DNA of 64,000 bases from Vulcanimicrobiota bacterium (GTDB lineage: Bacteria; Vulcanimicrobiota; Xenobia; Xenobiales; JADMJV01), in assembly GCA_050250895.1 (NCBI GenBank), contig JBFWNU010000003.1, positions 746,109 to 810,108 on the forward strand, in the 5' to 3' direction. Positions within the stretch are counted from its first letter, which is position 1, and each line of letters opens with the position of its first letter. The translations under genes were made by a program, and so were the position numbers. The notes under the pieces were generated by a model. The model made no database searches. It was given only the letters and a program-made list of their open reading frames with translations, and had not been told where the DNA came from. Below are positions 47,129 to 55,948 of this stretch, piece after piece.

Positions 47129-48786
47129 CGCAAGACTCGTCCCGGCAGGTGCGAGGGAAGGCCGAAGTGAGCCAGAATGGTGGGTGCCAGGTCGCGCAGG
47201 TGGGGATCGCTGACGTGGACGGCTTGATTGCAGAGCAGCACCCCCGGCACCAGTTCGGCGTCGATCAGGTGGTCGCCACTCCAGTGGTCGAGGTTGTCCG
47301 AGAGCACCTGGTCGCCGGCTTTGCCCAGGGCCGTCTGCCACGAGGCGCGATAGCCGCGCTCGTAGCCGATTAGCAGGTCGGGCCCGGTGGCCGGCCGTAC
47401 CACGCGATGGATGACCGGATGGTCGCCATCGCGCACGGCCAGCAGTCTTTGGCTCAGTTCGTCCCGCAGCTTGGAGTCGGGGTGGGTGAGGTAGAGGCCG
47501 TTGAATCCCACTGCCTGGGCCTTGCCGGCATAGCCGTTTTGGCCTAGCCAGGCGTTGAGGTCGAAGCTGCGATAGAAGGGGGCAAAGCCGTGGTCCGAGA
47601 CCACCAGCACCAGGGTCTTCGAGTCGGTCTTAGCGAGGATCATGCCGAGCAACTCGTCAGCCTGTTGGTAGGCCTTTTCGATGGCATCGGAGTGGCCGGG
47701 GGCCTGGAGCTTGTAGCCGGGATGCTGGGGGTCGCTGGCGCGCCAGTAGAGGTGCGAGATGATGTCGACCTGAGGGGTGTAAAAAAAGAGCAGGCCCGTC
47801 TTGTACTCGTCCAGGCTCTGGGCTAGCAGGCGCTTGCGCTCGGCGTAGACCAATTGGCTCTGGGTTAGAAACTCTTCGTCGTCGAACACTCCACTGGTTA
47901 GGGCCTTGGTGTCATCGGGCATGCCCTGGGTGTAGAACCGGCCGCAGTGGTGGTAGAGATGGCGGGCGAAGTCCTCGGGCGTGGCGATGGGCAGGCTGGG
48001 CCGGGCGGGATCGACGTTGAGAGGGCTGACATAGAGTCTGAACTCGGGCTCGGTGGCCTGTAGATAGAAGCGCACCATGCCGTCGACTCGGGTGAAGCTC
48101 ACCGGGACCCAGTCGCTCCACTGGCCGACTTTGAGCAACTCTTGCTGATCCTGAGTTCGGATGAAGGCGCTCTGTCCCTCAATGGCCACCTGGAAGGGAA
48201 CCGAATCACCGGCCGGACCCACCAGCGAGGCGCGGACCTGGCCGTCGTGCACCTCGACCGGCACGAAGCGGCCGCCTTCGAGTTCGCGGCGCGGGCCCGT
48301 GGAATAGAAGGAGAAGGTGCCGTAACTGCCCTCGAGATCGGGCACTCCCAGGCCGGCCAGAACCCGACCGCCAGGCTCGGGCGGAAAGTCGGCGGGTGTC
48401 TTGACCACGGTGACGGGTACCCGTCCGGCTAGTTCGAGCCAGAAGGGTTTGCCTTTGCGTTCGAGCTGGTATCTTCCATCTTTCACCGAGGTCAGCGAGG
48501 GGATGGCCTGGCCTTCGGGACCCCGGTGGAGAAAGTCGTGGATGCCGTGCTGGTCGGGGTCGAGACCGGTGACGAAGGTCGACCAGGCCACCGGGCTCTG
48601 GGGCGGATCGGTGGTGGCCAGGCGGGTTCGGTGGCCCAGACGCGCAAGGTTCGGCAGTTTGCCCTCGGCGATAAAGCGCTCGAGCAAGACCGGGTCACAG
48701 CCATCCACTCCGAAGATGACGACTTTCGGCTGGGGCTGCTGGCAGCCGCCCAGCAGCAGCAGCAAGCAAAGGAACACTAGACGCAC
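47125..48786 (-). CDS. Alkaline phosphatase superfamily (nucleotide pyrophosphatase/phosphodiesterase-like) lipoprotein
   Basis: Lipobox LGGC; FGVDG, TTDPPQSPVAWSTFVTG, DIISH, VSDHGF, SGDH. Confidence 0.88.
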   Translation of the reverse strand: MRLVFLCLLLLLGGCQQPQPKVVIFGVDGCDPVLLERFIAEGKLPNLARLGHRTRLATTDPPQSPVAWSTFVTGLDPDQHGIHDFLHRGPEGQAIPSLTSVKDGRYQLERKGKPFWLELAGRVPVTVVKTPADFPPEPGGRVLAGLGVPDLEGSYGTFSFYSTGPRRELEGGRFVPVEVHDGQVRASLVGPAGDSVPFQVAIEGQSAFIRTQDQQELLKVGQWSDWVPVSFTRVDGMVRFYLQATEPEFRLYVSPLNVDPARPSLPIATPEDFARHLYHHCGRFYTQGMPDDTKALTSGVFDDEEFLTQSQLVYAERKRLLAQSLDEYKTGLLFFYTPQVDIISHLYWRASDPQHPGYKLQAPGHSDAIEKAYQQADELLGMILAKTDSKTLVLVVSDHGFAPFYRSFDLNAWLGQNGYAGKAQAVGFNGLYLTHPDSKLRDELSQRLLAVRDGDHPVIHRVVRPATGPDLLIGYERGYRASWQTALGKAGDQVLSDNLDHWSGDHLIDAELVPGVLLCNQAVHVSDPHLRDLAPTILAHFGLPSHLPGRVLR

Positions 48787-50525
48787 AGGCTCTTGCCCTC
48801 CAGATAGTCGGGCCGGGGCACGCCCAGGGCCTCGAGGATGGTGGAAGCCAGGTCGACCAGGTGGGCCCCGCCGGCTAGCTCGCGGTTGGCCAGCAACACG
48901 CCCGGCACATGCTCGGGATGGAAGCAGTGGTCGGTCTGCCAGGCCGAGGTGTTGCTGCTAAAGACGGTCTGGCCGGCCTGGCCCTGGGCCGAGGTGCGGC
49001 TGGTGCGATAACCGGGACGATAGGCCAATACCAGGTCGGGAGCCTTGTCGCGGTAGGGGCCGTGATAGAGCGACGAGGATTCGAACACATCGAGCAGCGG
49101 TGATTCGCCGGTTTCGGGGTCGACCACCGCCAACAGCTCTTCGCGCAGACCCTCGGCGGGCCCCAGCAGATAAAGGCCCGAGAGCCCCAGCCCGTAGGCG
49201 CGGCTCTGGTCACGGTCGGGTGTCTCGCCGGCCATCACCAGATAGCCGCGCTCGATGAGCCAGGCGTTGAGGTCGAAGCTGCGTCGCCAGGGCCCGCAGC
49301 CGTGGTCAGAGAGGACGAGCAGCAAGTCGTCAGCGGTCAAGCGCGACAGGGTCTGACCCACCACTGCGTCGAGATGGACATAGAGGGCGTCGACCAGGGC
49401 CTGATCGTTGACTACGTGCTGGACCCGGTCGGGCGCGTCGAAGACCGCCAGGCAGAGCCCCTCGCTGGTGCGCTCGAGACAATGGAAGAACTGTCTTTCT
49501 CGCTCTTGTTCGATGGTGTAGACCTGTTCGAGGAAGGCCTCTTGCGAGAGCACCTCGTCAACGCAAGCGCCGGTATCCTCGGCCAGCCCGCAGGTGGCGA
49601 AAGGGCCGTGCAGTCGGGCCAGGGCTGGGGCGAAGCTGGCGGGCCACGAGACCGGCGCGGCCGGGCGGGCCGGATCGAGCTGGAGGGGAGTCATGTAGAG
49701 GTCGTTCTCGGGCAGCAGGGTGAAGCGGGCCAGCCCGGTGCATTTGCGAAAGCGGACGGTGAGCCAGGCGGTCGAACGGCCCGGCTCGAGTTCGACGGTA
49801 TGACCGGGTAATACCAGCTGCCGGCCCTCCAGACGCACCTCGAGCTGCTCTCCGGGCGGACCTTCGAGGCGGGCCCGCAGGCCGTTGCCAGAGGCCTGCC
49901 AGCGCACCAGTTGTCCGTGGGCCAGAGCCCGCTGTCGCGACGAGAAGAGAGTGTAGGTGCCCTGGGTGCCGCGCAGGTCAGGGGTTCCCATCGCGGCCAG
50001 TTGCAGACCAAAAAAGGGCTGGCAGGGCCAGCTCACCGGCACCCGCAAGATGTGGCTGAAGACCCCGTGTTCGCCCAGCACCTGCCAGAAGCTCTTGCTT
50101 TTGCGTAAGAATCGGGGCTTTCCCTCGACCACCTGCGAGAAGGACAGATAGGGGCGGTCGTGGCGGTCGCGGTGGATAAAGTCGAAGATGCCGTGACGGC
50201 CGGGATGGACCCCGGTGGCAAAGGTCGACCAGGCTACCGGAGAGAGCGGCGGACAGGTGGTGGCCAACCTCTGGTAGTGCAGGCTCTGCAGCTGTGGCAA
50301 CCGGCCTTCGCCCAGCAAGCGCTCGAGGGTGGTTGGCTCGAGGCCGTCAAGGCCCAGCACCACGACGCGCCGGGCCAGGGCTGGTTGGCGAGGCTTGGCC
50401 CGGCGGAAGAACCAGCGAACGGGGAGGGTGAGCAGGGCCAGCAGAGCGGCCAGAATGCCCACCAGGGTGGCCAGTACAGGCCCCCCCACAGCCAGACCCG
50501 GACCAGGACCGATATAGGCCAACAT
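48777..50525 (-). CDS. Paralogous alkaline phosphatase superfamily protein with N-terminal AYIGPG + TM
   Basis: LGLDG, TTCPPLSPVAWSTFATG, DRVQH, LSDHG, TDH. Confidence 0.88.
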   Translation of the reverse strand: MLAYIGPGPGLAVGGPVLATLVGILAALLALLTLPVRWFFRRAKPRQPALARRVVVLGLDGLEPTTLERLLGEGRLPQLQSLHYQRLATTCPPLSPVAWSTFATGVHPGRHGIFDFIHRDRHDRPYLSFSQVVEGKPRFLRKSKSFWQVLGEHGVFSHILRVPVSWPCQPFFGLQLAAMGTPDLRGTQGTYTLFSSRQRALAHGQLVRWQASGNGLRARLEGPPGEQLEVRLEGRQLVLPGHTVELEPGRSTAWLTVRFRKCTGLARFTLLPENDLYMTPLQLDPARPAAPVSWPASFAPALARLHGPFATCGLAEDTGACVDEVLSQEAFLEQVYTIEQERERQFFHCLERTSEGLCLAVFDAPDRVQHVVNDQALVDALYVHLDAVVGQTLSRLTADDLLLVLSDHGCGPWRRSFDLNAWLIERGYLVMAGETPDRDQSRAYGLGLSGLYLLGPAEGLREELLAVVDPETGESPLLDVFESSSLYHGPYRDKAPDLVLAYRPGYRTSRTSAQGQAGQTVFSSNTSAWQTDHCFHPEHVPGVLLANRELAGGAHLVDLASTILEALGVPRPDYLEGKSLCV

Positions 50526-50581
50526 CAGGCAATCATAACCGCTTCGCCAGGGTGGCGCAAACCGGTGGGGAAGTGTTGGGC

Positions 50582-51370
50582 GTGAACCATCTCGTCTGGC
50601 TGATCCTCGACAGTTGTCGCTACGATTCGTTCGTGGCCGCCAGCACGCCCAACTTCGATCGTGTGGGCCAGGTCGAGCTGCGCTATAGCTACGCCAGCTG
50701 GACGGCCCCCTCCCATTTGGCCTTCTTGATGGGCCTTCCGCCGCATCGCTCGCCGGCCGGCAAGTTTGCTTCCGAGGTCTATGCTGACGAGTTCGCTCAA
50801 TGGGGCCGTCGCCTGGGGGTCGAGACGCAGTTCGGGGACTTCGTACCCGAGTTGAGCCTGCCGTGCAAGCTGCGCAAGCTGGGCTATGCCACCCTGGCCC
50901 GGGTGAGCCTGCCGGTGCTCAACCCCCGTACACTGCTGTCGCGCTATTTCGACGATTACCGCCTGATGGAGCGCCACGACCAGTTCGCCGAAATGATCGA
51001 GGAACTCGAGTTTGGCGAGCAGCCGATGTTCGTGTTGTTCAATTTGGGCGAGACCCACTATCCCTATCGGTTGGATGACGCTCCTCGCCTGGCCGGCCTG
51101 CACGGAGCGGCCGGCGGCGCGCGGGCACCGGGCTTTTTTTCCAGCGAGGAGATGGAGAGAATGCGCCTGGCCCAGGTTCGGGCGGTGGAGCGAGTGGACC
51201 AGCTGTTCGGCCGGTTGCTCGATAAGGCGCCGGCGCACACGCACTTCCTCGTCTGCGCCGACCATGGTGAGCTGTTTGGGGAAGACGGATATTTCGGGCA
51301 CGGCCCGGTGATGCACCCCAAGGTCTTTGAGGTGCCGTTCTTGGAGGGAAGATGTTCGGAAATCGGGTGA
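50582..51370 (+). CDS. Short cytoplasmic sulfatase-like metalloenzyme
   Basis: LDSCRYD, ASWTAPSH, ETHYPY, ADHGELFGE...GH...VP; start trimmed to GTG 50582. Confidence 0.82.
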   Translation: MNHLVWLILDSCRYDSFVAASTPNFDRVGQVELRYSYASWTAPSHLAFLMGLPPHRSPAGKFASEVYADEFAQWGRRLGVETQFGDFVPELSLPCKLRKLGYATLARVSLPVLNPRTLLSRYFDDYRLMERHDQFAEMIEELEFGEQPMFVLFNLGETHYPYRLDDAPRLAGLHGAAGGARAPGFFSSEEMERMRLAQVRAVERVDQLFGRLLDKAPAHTHFLVCADHGELFGEDGYFGHGPVMHPKVFEVPFLEGRCSEIG

Positions 51371-51546
51371 AGTTGGATCAGGCCCTCTACGAACGGGCCT
51401 GCAAGGTGGCCGCTACGGCCGGGTTCTCGAGCGTGGAAGAGTTCGTCAATCACCTGGTCGAGCGCGAATTGGATCGGTTGGGCCTGGATGAGGAATTGGC
51501 CAGCGATCAGCTCCGCGAACGGTTGCGCGGGCTCGGCTATCTATAG
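51352..51546 (+). CDS. 64-aa protein: RHH-like N-terminus + C-terminal 'RERLRGLGYL' tail
   Basis: GGAGGG RBS; VKLDQALYER...AGFSSVEEFVNHLVE; tail typical of sulfatase C-termini. Confidence 0.75.
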   Translation: MFGNRVKLDQALYERACKVAATAGFSSVEEFVNHLVERELDRLGLDEELASDQLRERLRGLGYL

Positions 51547-53637
51547 GTATTGCAGGCTGCGCAGCTGGCGCTCGAGTTCAGCCTTGGGCAGGTTGGCGGG
51601 CGAGGCCTGGGTGCCGGGAGGCAAGAGCAACTCGAGTCGGGCTCTTAGTCCCGGCCGTTCAAAGGCGAGATTGTGCTTTTGCTCGGGGTCGCTGAGCAGG
51701 TCGTAAAGTTCTAGCGGCTGCAGCCGGTTCTGGGCGCTGGCGCGAGTGCGGATGAGCACGAATTGCTCCTCGCGCACGGCGTCGAGGTCGATCTGACCGA
51801 AGGCCGGGTTGAGAGCAGCCAGATCTGGACCCAGCCGCAGCGAGGCCTGACCCACTGGCGGCAAGGCCGCGCCGGTGAAGACGCGCCCTTGCATCTGCTC
51901 GGGGACCGGATGCCCGGTCCAGGCCAACACCGTGGGGGCCACATCGATATGGGTGAAGAGGCCATCGATTCGTTGGCCCGCCATCGCCTGACCAGGCAGC
52001 TTGACGATCGCCGGCACCCGCAAGACCTCCTGATAGAGCGACTGGCCGTGCTCGGTCGAGCCATGCTCGAGAAACTCCTCGCCGTGGTCCGAGACGAGCA
52101 CGATCAGGGTGTTGTCGTAGAGGCCTTTCGCCTTGAGATAGGCTAACAACTGGCCGAAAGCCAGATCATTGGCTTCGACTTCGGCCGCATACAGCGCTCG
52201 GGCTTGCTCCAGGCGAGTCGGTACGGTGGGATCGCGGTAGGAAGCGTCCCGGGCCAGGGCATGGAGTTGCTCGGAGTTGATGGCGGTCTGGCCCTCGGGA
52301 GCGTAGGGGCTGTGGGGTTCGAGGGTGTGCAGATAGAGAAAGAACTTGCCGGGCTTTTCCAGCCACTCGAAGACGGCCTCGTGCAGTTCTCGGGCCGAAG
52401 CGCCACTGCGCAGGTCAAACTGCGCAAAGCCCTGACCAAAGCCCGCCGCGGTCGAGATGAAGTCGTTGGCAACCACGGCCCGGGTGCGGTAGCCGTCCGC
52501 CTGAAACGGCTCGGGCAAGCGAGTGACCCCGGACCGCAGGGTATCGCCATAGTCCTGACAGCCGTGTTCGCGGGCCGGCAGCCCGGTCAGGATCGAAGCC
52601 ACCGCCGGCTTGGTCCAGCCGGCCGCCGCCTGAGCCTGGTAAAAGAGCACCCCGTCTTTGGCCAGGGCGTCAAAGTTGGGTGTGTGGGCTTTAGAGTTGT
52701 AGCACCCCAGGGCGTCGGCCCGCAGGGTGTCGACCACATAGATGAGCACGTTGGACTCGGTTTGGGCCGGGGGCAGCACGACCGGCGGGGCCGGGGGGGG
52801 AGGGGCCTGGAAGCGCACCAGTCGGCCTCGAAAGCGAAGACCCAACTGCCCCGAGATGGGCGCTTCGGTCACGGCCGTGAGGCGCAAAGCGCCCGGCGTC
52901 AGCGTCTGGCGGTGGGGCCCGGGCCCCTCCAGGGCGGCCTCGGCCGCCCCGCTCAGGCGCAGCTGCCACCCTTCCAGCGGCGGCGCCCCTTCCTCCAGCC
53001 AGGGTCTGAGCTGCTCGAGTTCAAGACGCATCCCCCCTTCGGCCGGTATTTCCAGGCACTGGCCGAAGGGCAGCAGCACCTCGTCCTTCTCCCTGGCCAG
53101 GCTGGCAGGCGAGTTTCCCGCCACCGTCACCGACAGTCCTCTCCAGCGCGTGCCTGGAGCAATTTTCAGGACCAACAGGTTCTCTCCCGGGCGCGTCTGC
53201 CCAGGCTCGGCAGTGGCCGTGAAGCGGGCCGGGCCCGCTCGCAGGTCGACGCCTCCTAAGGACTTTCCGTTGAGTTCGACGGTGCCCGTGCGAGGCTGGT
53301 CGCAGTCACCTTCGAGCAAGATGTTGACTCGGGTCGGCTCGAGCAAGTAGAACCGCAGTTCGGCCGCGTCCGAGGTGGTGGACAGCCAGCGATGGCGGTC
53401 TGAATCTTCCCACCCGGCCCCAACGAACATCTGGGTCTCGCGGTCTCCGACCGGAGTGGTCGGACCAAACAACGGACCGGTGCCGGCCCTGTCCACCAGG
53501 GAGGCAAGATCCACCACGGTGCGGGGGCGAAGCCACCACCAACCCGCCAGGGTGAGCAGGCAAACGACCACCAAAAAGCCGATCCGACGGACCACAACGG
53601 ACGATTCTGCAGGGTCGGGGTTGCCGCCTTTTCGCAT
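51541..53637 (-). CDS. Membrane-anchored sulfatase-like hydrolase/transferase (Thr at nucleophile position)
   Basis: NVLIYVVDTLRAD, GWTKPAVASILTG, EPHSPY, SDHGEEF..HG, ELYDL..DP.Q, tail RQLRSLQYL; alternative GTG start at 53595. Confidence 0.88.
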   Translation of the reverse strand: MRKGGNPDPAESSVVVRRIGFLVVVCLLTLAGWWWLRPRTVVDLASLVDRAGTGPLFGPTTPVGDRETQMFVGAGWEDSDRHRWLSTTSDAAELRFYLLEPTRVNILLEGDCDQPRTGTVELNGKSLGGVDLRAGPARFTATAEPGQTRPGENLLVLKIAPGTRWRGLSVTVAGNSPASLAREKDEVLLPFGQCLEIPAEGGMRLELEQLRPWLEEGAPPLEGWQLRLSGAAEAALEGPGPHRQTLTPGALRLTAVTEAPISGQLGLRFRGRLVRFQAPPPPAPPVVLPPAQTESNVLIYVVDTLRADALGCYNSKAHTPNFDALAKDGVLFYQAQAAAGWTKPAVASILTGLPAREHGCQDYGDTLRSGVTRLPEPFQADGYRTRAVVANDFISTAAGFGQGFAQFDLRSGASARELHEAVFEWLEKPGKFFLYLHTLEPHSPYAPEGQTAINSEQLHALARDASYRDPTVPTRLEQARALYAAEVEANDLAFGQLLAYLKAKGLYDNTLIVLVSDHGEEFLEHGSTEHGQSLYQEVLRVPAIVKLPGQAMAGQRIDGLFTHIDVAPTVLAWTGHPVPEQMQGRVFTGAALPPVGQASLRLGPDLAALNPAFGQIDLDAVREEQFVLIRTRASAQNRLQPLELYDLLSDPEQKHNLAFERPGLRARLELLLPPGTQASPANLPKAELERQLRSLQYL

Positions 53638-53675
53638 GGGGGACGGGCCTGCTTCGATGGCAAAGATCCAGCAGC

Positions 53676-54845
53676 TTGAGCGACCACTCCAAAAGCAGCG
53701 GTTTCTACTGTCCGGCCTTCGACGGATTGCGCTGTCTGCTGCTGCTTTCGATCCTCGAATTCCACTATGGCCTGGGGCGGGTGGCCCTGGAGAAAATCTG
53801 GTGGATGTCGTTTGCTTTGCCGTGCTTTTTCGTGCTCAGCGGCTATCTCATCAGCCACATCCTCTACGACTATCGCGAGCGGATGTCGCGGGGCCAGACC
53901 CTCAAGGCTTTCTACGTGCGACGCGCCCTGCGGATCCTGCCGGCCTTCTACGCCGTCTTGTTGGTGGCTCATCTGGTGGGCGGGGTTCCCTATCTGGGTT
54001 GGCAGTTGGCTTATGTCTTCAACTTCAAGCTGTTTGCCCTGAGCGACCCGTTCAACCGTCAGGCTTTCTACGAGTTCATGGGGCATGTCGACTTCAACGG
54101 GGCCCACCTGTGGTCGATGGCCGTCGAGGAGCAGTTTTATGTGCTTTATCCGCTGTTCGTCTTGCTCTTGCCCCGGCGCAGTCAGGGCTGGTTGTTGGCG
54201 CTCGGCATCGCCGTCTCGGCGGCCTTGCGACTCTATCTCCTCGACCAGCATCCCCACACCTGCTACGGTGTGCTCACGCCCGTAGCCGGTGAATTCATCC
54301 TGTGGGGTTGCCTGGTGGCCTGGCTCGAATCGCGAGATTTGCTCAAAGGGTGGAACGGAACAACCTGCTTCTACGCCGGCCTCGCTTTTTTCGCTCTGCT
54401 GGTGGTGACTCAGGGCGATGTCGAGAACTTTCTGTTCGCCCAGTGGAAGCCCCCCGCCAATATGACCTTCTTCGGGTTGGCTCTGGCCCTGGTGGTCTTC
54501 GGTCTGCGCCACAGTCCCGACCAATGGTACTCTCGGCTGCTGATGCAGCGGCCCCTGCGAGCGGTGGGCAAGATCGCTTATGGCGCTTATCTCTTGCATC
54601 CCTTCCTCAACCCGATGGTGGACGCGGTGCTGGTCCTGCTTCCGTGGCTGGCCATGATTCCCGGCATGCCACGGGCTCTACTGGGCCCGGTCTTCGCCAT
54701 CGGGGCGGCCGCCCTGATGTGGGTGAGCTTCGAGGGGCCTCTCAACCGTCTGCGCGACCGGGTGAGCCCGCTGCCTCAGAACAGAGCCAGCGAGGCCGAG
54801 GCGAACTCTGGGAACAGGTCGGGCGAGCCGACGCTGCCGCAGTAG
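53676..54845 (+). CDS. Acyltransferase 3 family (OafA/YrhL-like) membrane O-acyltransferase
   Basis: FDGLR, FFVLSGYLI, FYVRRALRILP, HLWSMAVEEQFY, GKIAYGAYLLH. Confidence 0.92.
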   Translation: MSDHSKSSGFYCPAFDGLRCLLLLSILEFHYGLGRVALEKIWWMSFALPCFFVLSGYLISHILYDYRERMSRGQTLKAFYVRRALRILPAFYAVLLVAHLVGGVPYLGWQLAYVFNFKLFALSDPFNRQAFYEFMGHVDFNGAHLWSMAVEEQFYVLYPLFVLLLPRRSQGWLLALGIAVSAALRLYLLDQHPHTCYGVLTPVAGEFILWGCLVAWLESRDLLKGWNGTTCFYAGLAFFALLVVTQGDVENFLFAQWKPPANMTFFGLALALVVFGLRHSPDQWYSRLLMQRPLRAVGKIAYGAYLLHPFLNPMVDAVLVLLPWLAMIPGMPRALLGPVFAIGAAALMWVSFEGPLNRLRDRVSPLPQNRASEAEANSGNRSGEPTLPQ

Positions 54846-55948
54846 TGGCTCAAGAGTTCGCGATAGTCGGTGGTCACCGGCAGGTCCATTCCGTCGACCA
54901 GTGCTTCGGCCGCTAGCCCCGGCCAGCGTCCATGGACCCGTCCGCCTCGCAGCTTGGCCCCCATCACCAGGCTGCACGAGGCCAAGCCGTGGTCGGTGCC
55001 GAGACTGCCGTTCTCGGCCAGGCGCCGGCCAAATTCGGTGACGGTCATGACCGTCACCCGCGCTTGCAGCGGGCCCAGGTCCCGCCAGAAGGCATCCAGG
55101 CTACCGGCCAGGTCGTAGAGCAACCGATTGAGCCCGATCAGATGACCAGGCCACTCGGCCAGAATCTGGCGTGAGTGGCTATCGAATCCCCCGAACTCGC
55201 AGTGGACGGCTCCCAACTCGACACCCTGCTTGAGTAAGAAGGCTACCACCTTGAGCTGCTCGGCCAGTTCGTTGTCGGGATAGTCCCGGGCGGGCCGATA
55301 GGAGCGCGGATTCAGTCCGGCCAGAATCTCTCGCAGCCGAGCCTGCTGGCGCGACAGACGGGCCACCGGATCGCTACCCTCCAGGGCCGGCGCCGTCCAG
55401 GGCTCAAGATCGTCTAGCTTGCGGGCCGAGAGCACCGGCCCCGGCCCCTGCAACAGGGTGGGCACGTGGGCCGCCGTCGACAGGGCCCACTGATGCTCTT
55501 GCAGATGGCGGTTGAGCCATCCCGGCGGCTGCCTTTCACCCCCGAGTTCGAGATAATCCTGGGCGATAAAGTGCGAACGCGACCTGTCGCTCGTGCCCAC
55601 CGCGCACACCGGCGCCAGGGTTCCCTCGCGATAGTGGGGCAGCAGCGCCCGCAGGGCCGGATTGAAGGCAAACTGCTCATCCAGACGCAGAGGCTTGAAC
55701 TCGCCGTCGGGCCGGGGCAGGGCCAGCCGCGGACGCAGCCGGTAATACTCGTTCTCTTGATACGGCACCAGCGCGTGCATGCCGTCCAGGCCCCCCCGTA
55801 AAAAGACCACCACCAACACCTCGCCCTGGGATTGATGGGCGGCTACCGAAGTCGGCGCCGAGCGGGGGTCGGCGCTGGCCCAGAAGCCTCCGCTCGAGAG
55901 GCCAAACAGGCTCAGGGCACCGATCTTGAGCACCTCGCGGCGACGCAT
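54776..55948 (-). CDS. DUF1501 domain protein (Tat signal)
   Basis: MRRREVLK; LVVVFLRGGLDG, RSHF..Q, GFDSH, TEFGRR..ENG..GTDHG. Confidence 0.88.
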   Translation of the reverse strand: MRRREVLKIGALSLFGLSSGGFWASADPRSAPTSVAAHQSQGEVLVVVFLRGGLDGMHALVPYQENEYYRLRPRLALPRPDGEFKPLRLDEQFAFNPALRALLPHYREGTLAPVCAVGTSDRSRSHFIAQDYLELGGERQPPGWLNRHLQEHQWALSTAAHVPTLLQGPGPVLSARKLDDLEPWTAPALEGSDPVARLSRQQARLREILAGLNPRSYRPARDYPDNELAEQLKVVAFLLKQGVELGAVHCEFGGFDSHSRQILAEWPGHLIGLNRLLYDLAGSLDAFWRDLGPLQARVTVMTVTEFGRRLAENGSLGTDHGLASCSLVMGAKLRGGRVHGRWPGLAAEALVDGMDLPVTTDYRELLSHYCGSVGSPDLFPEFASASLALF

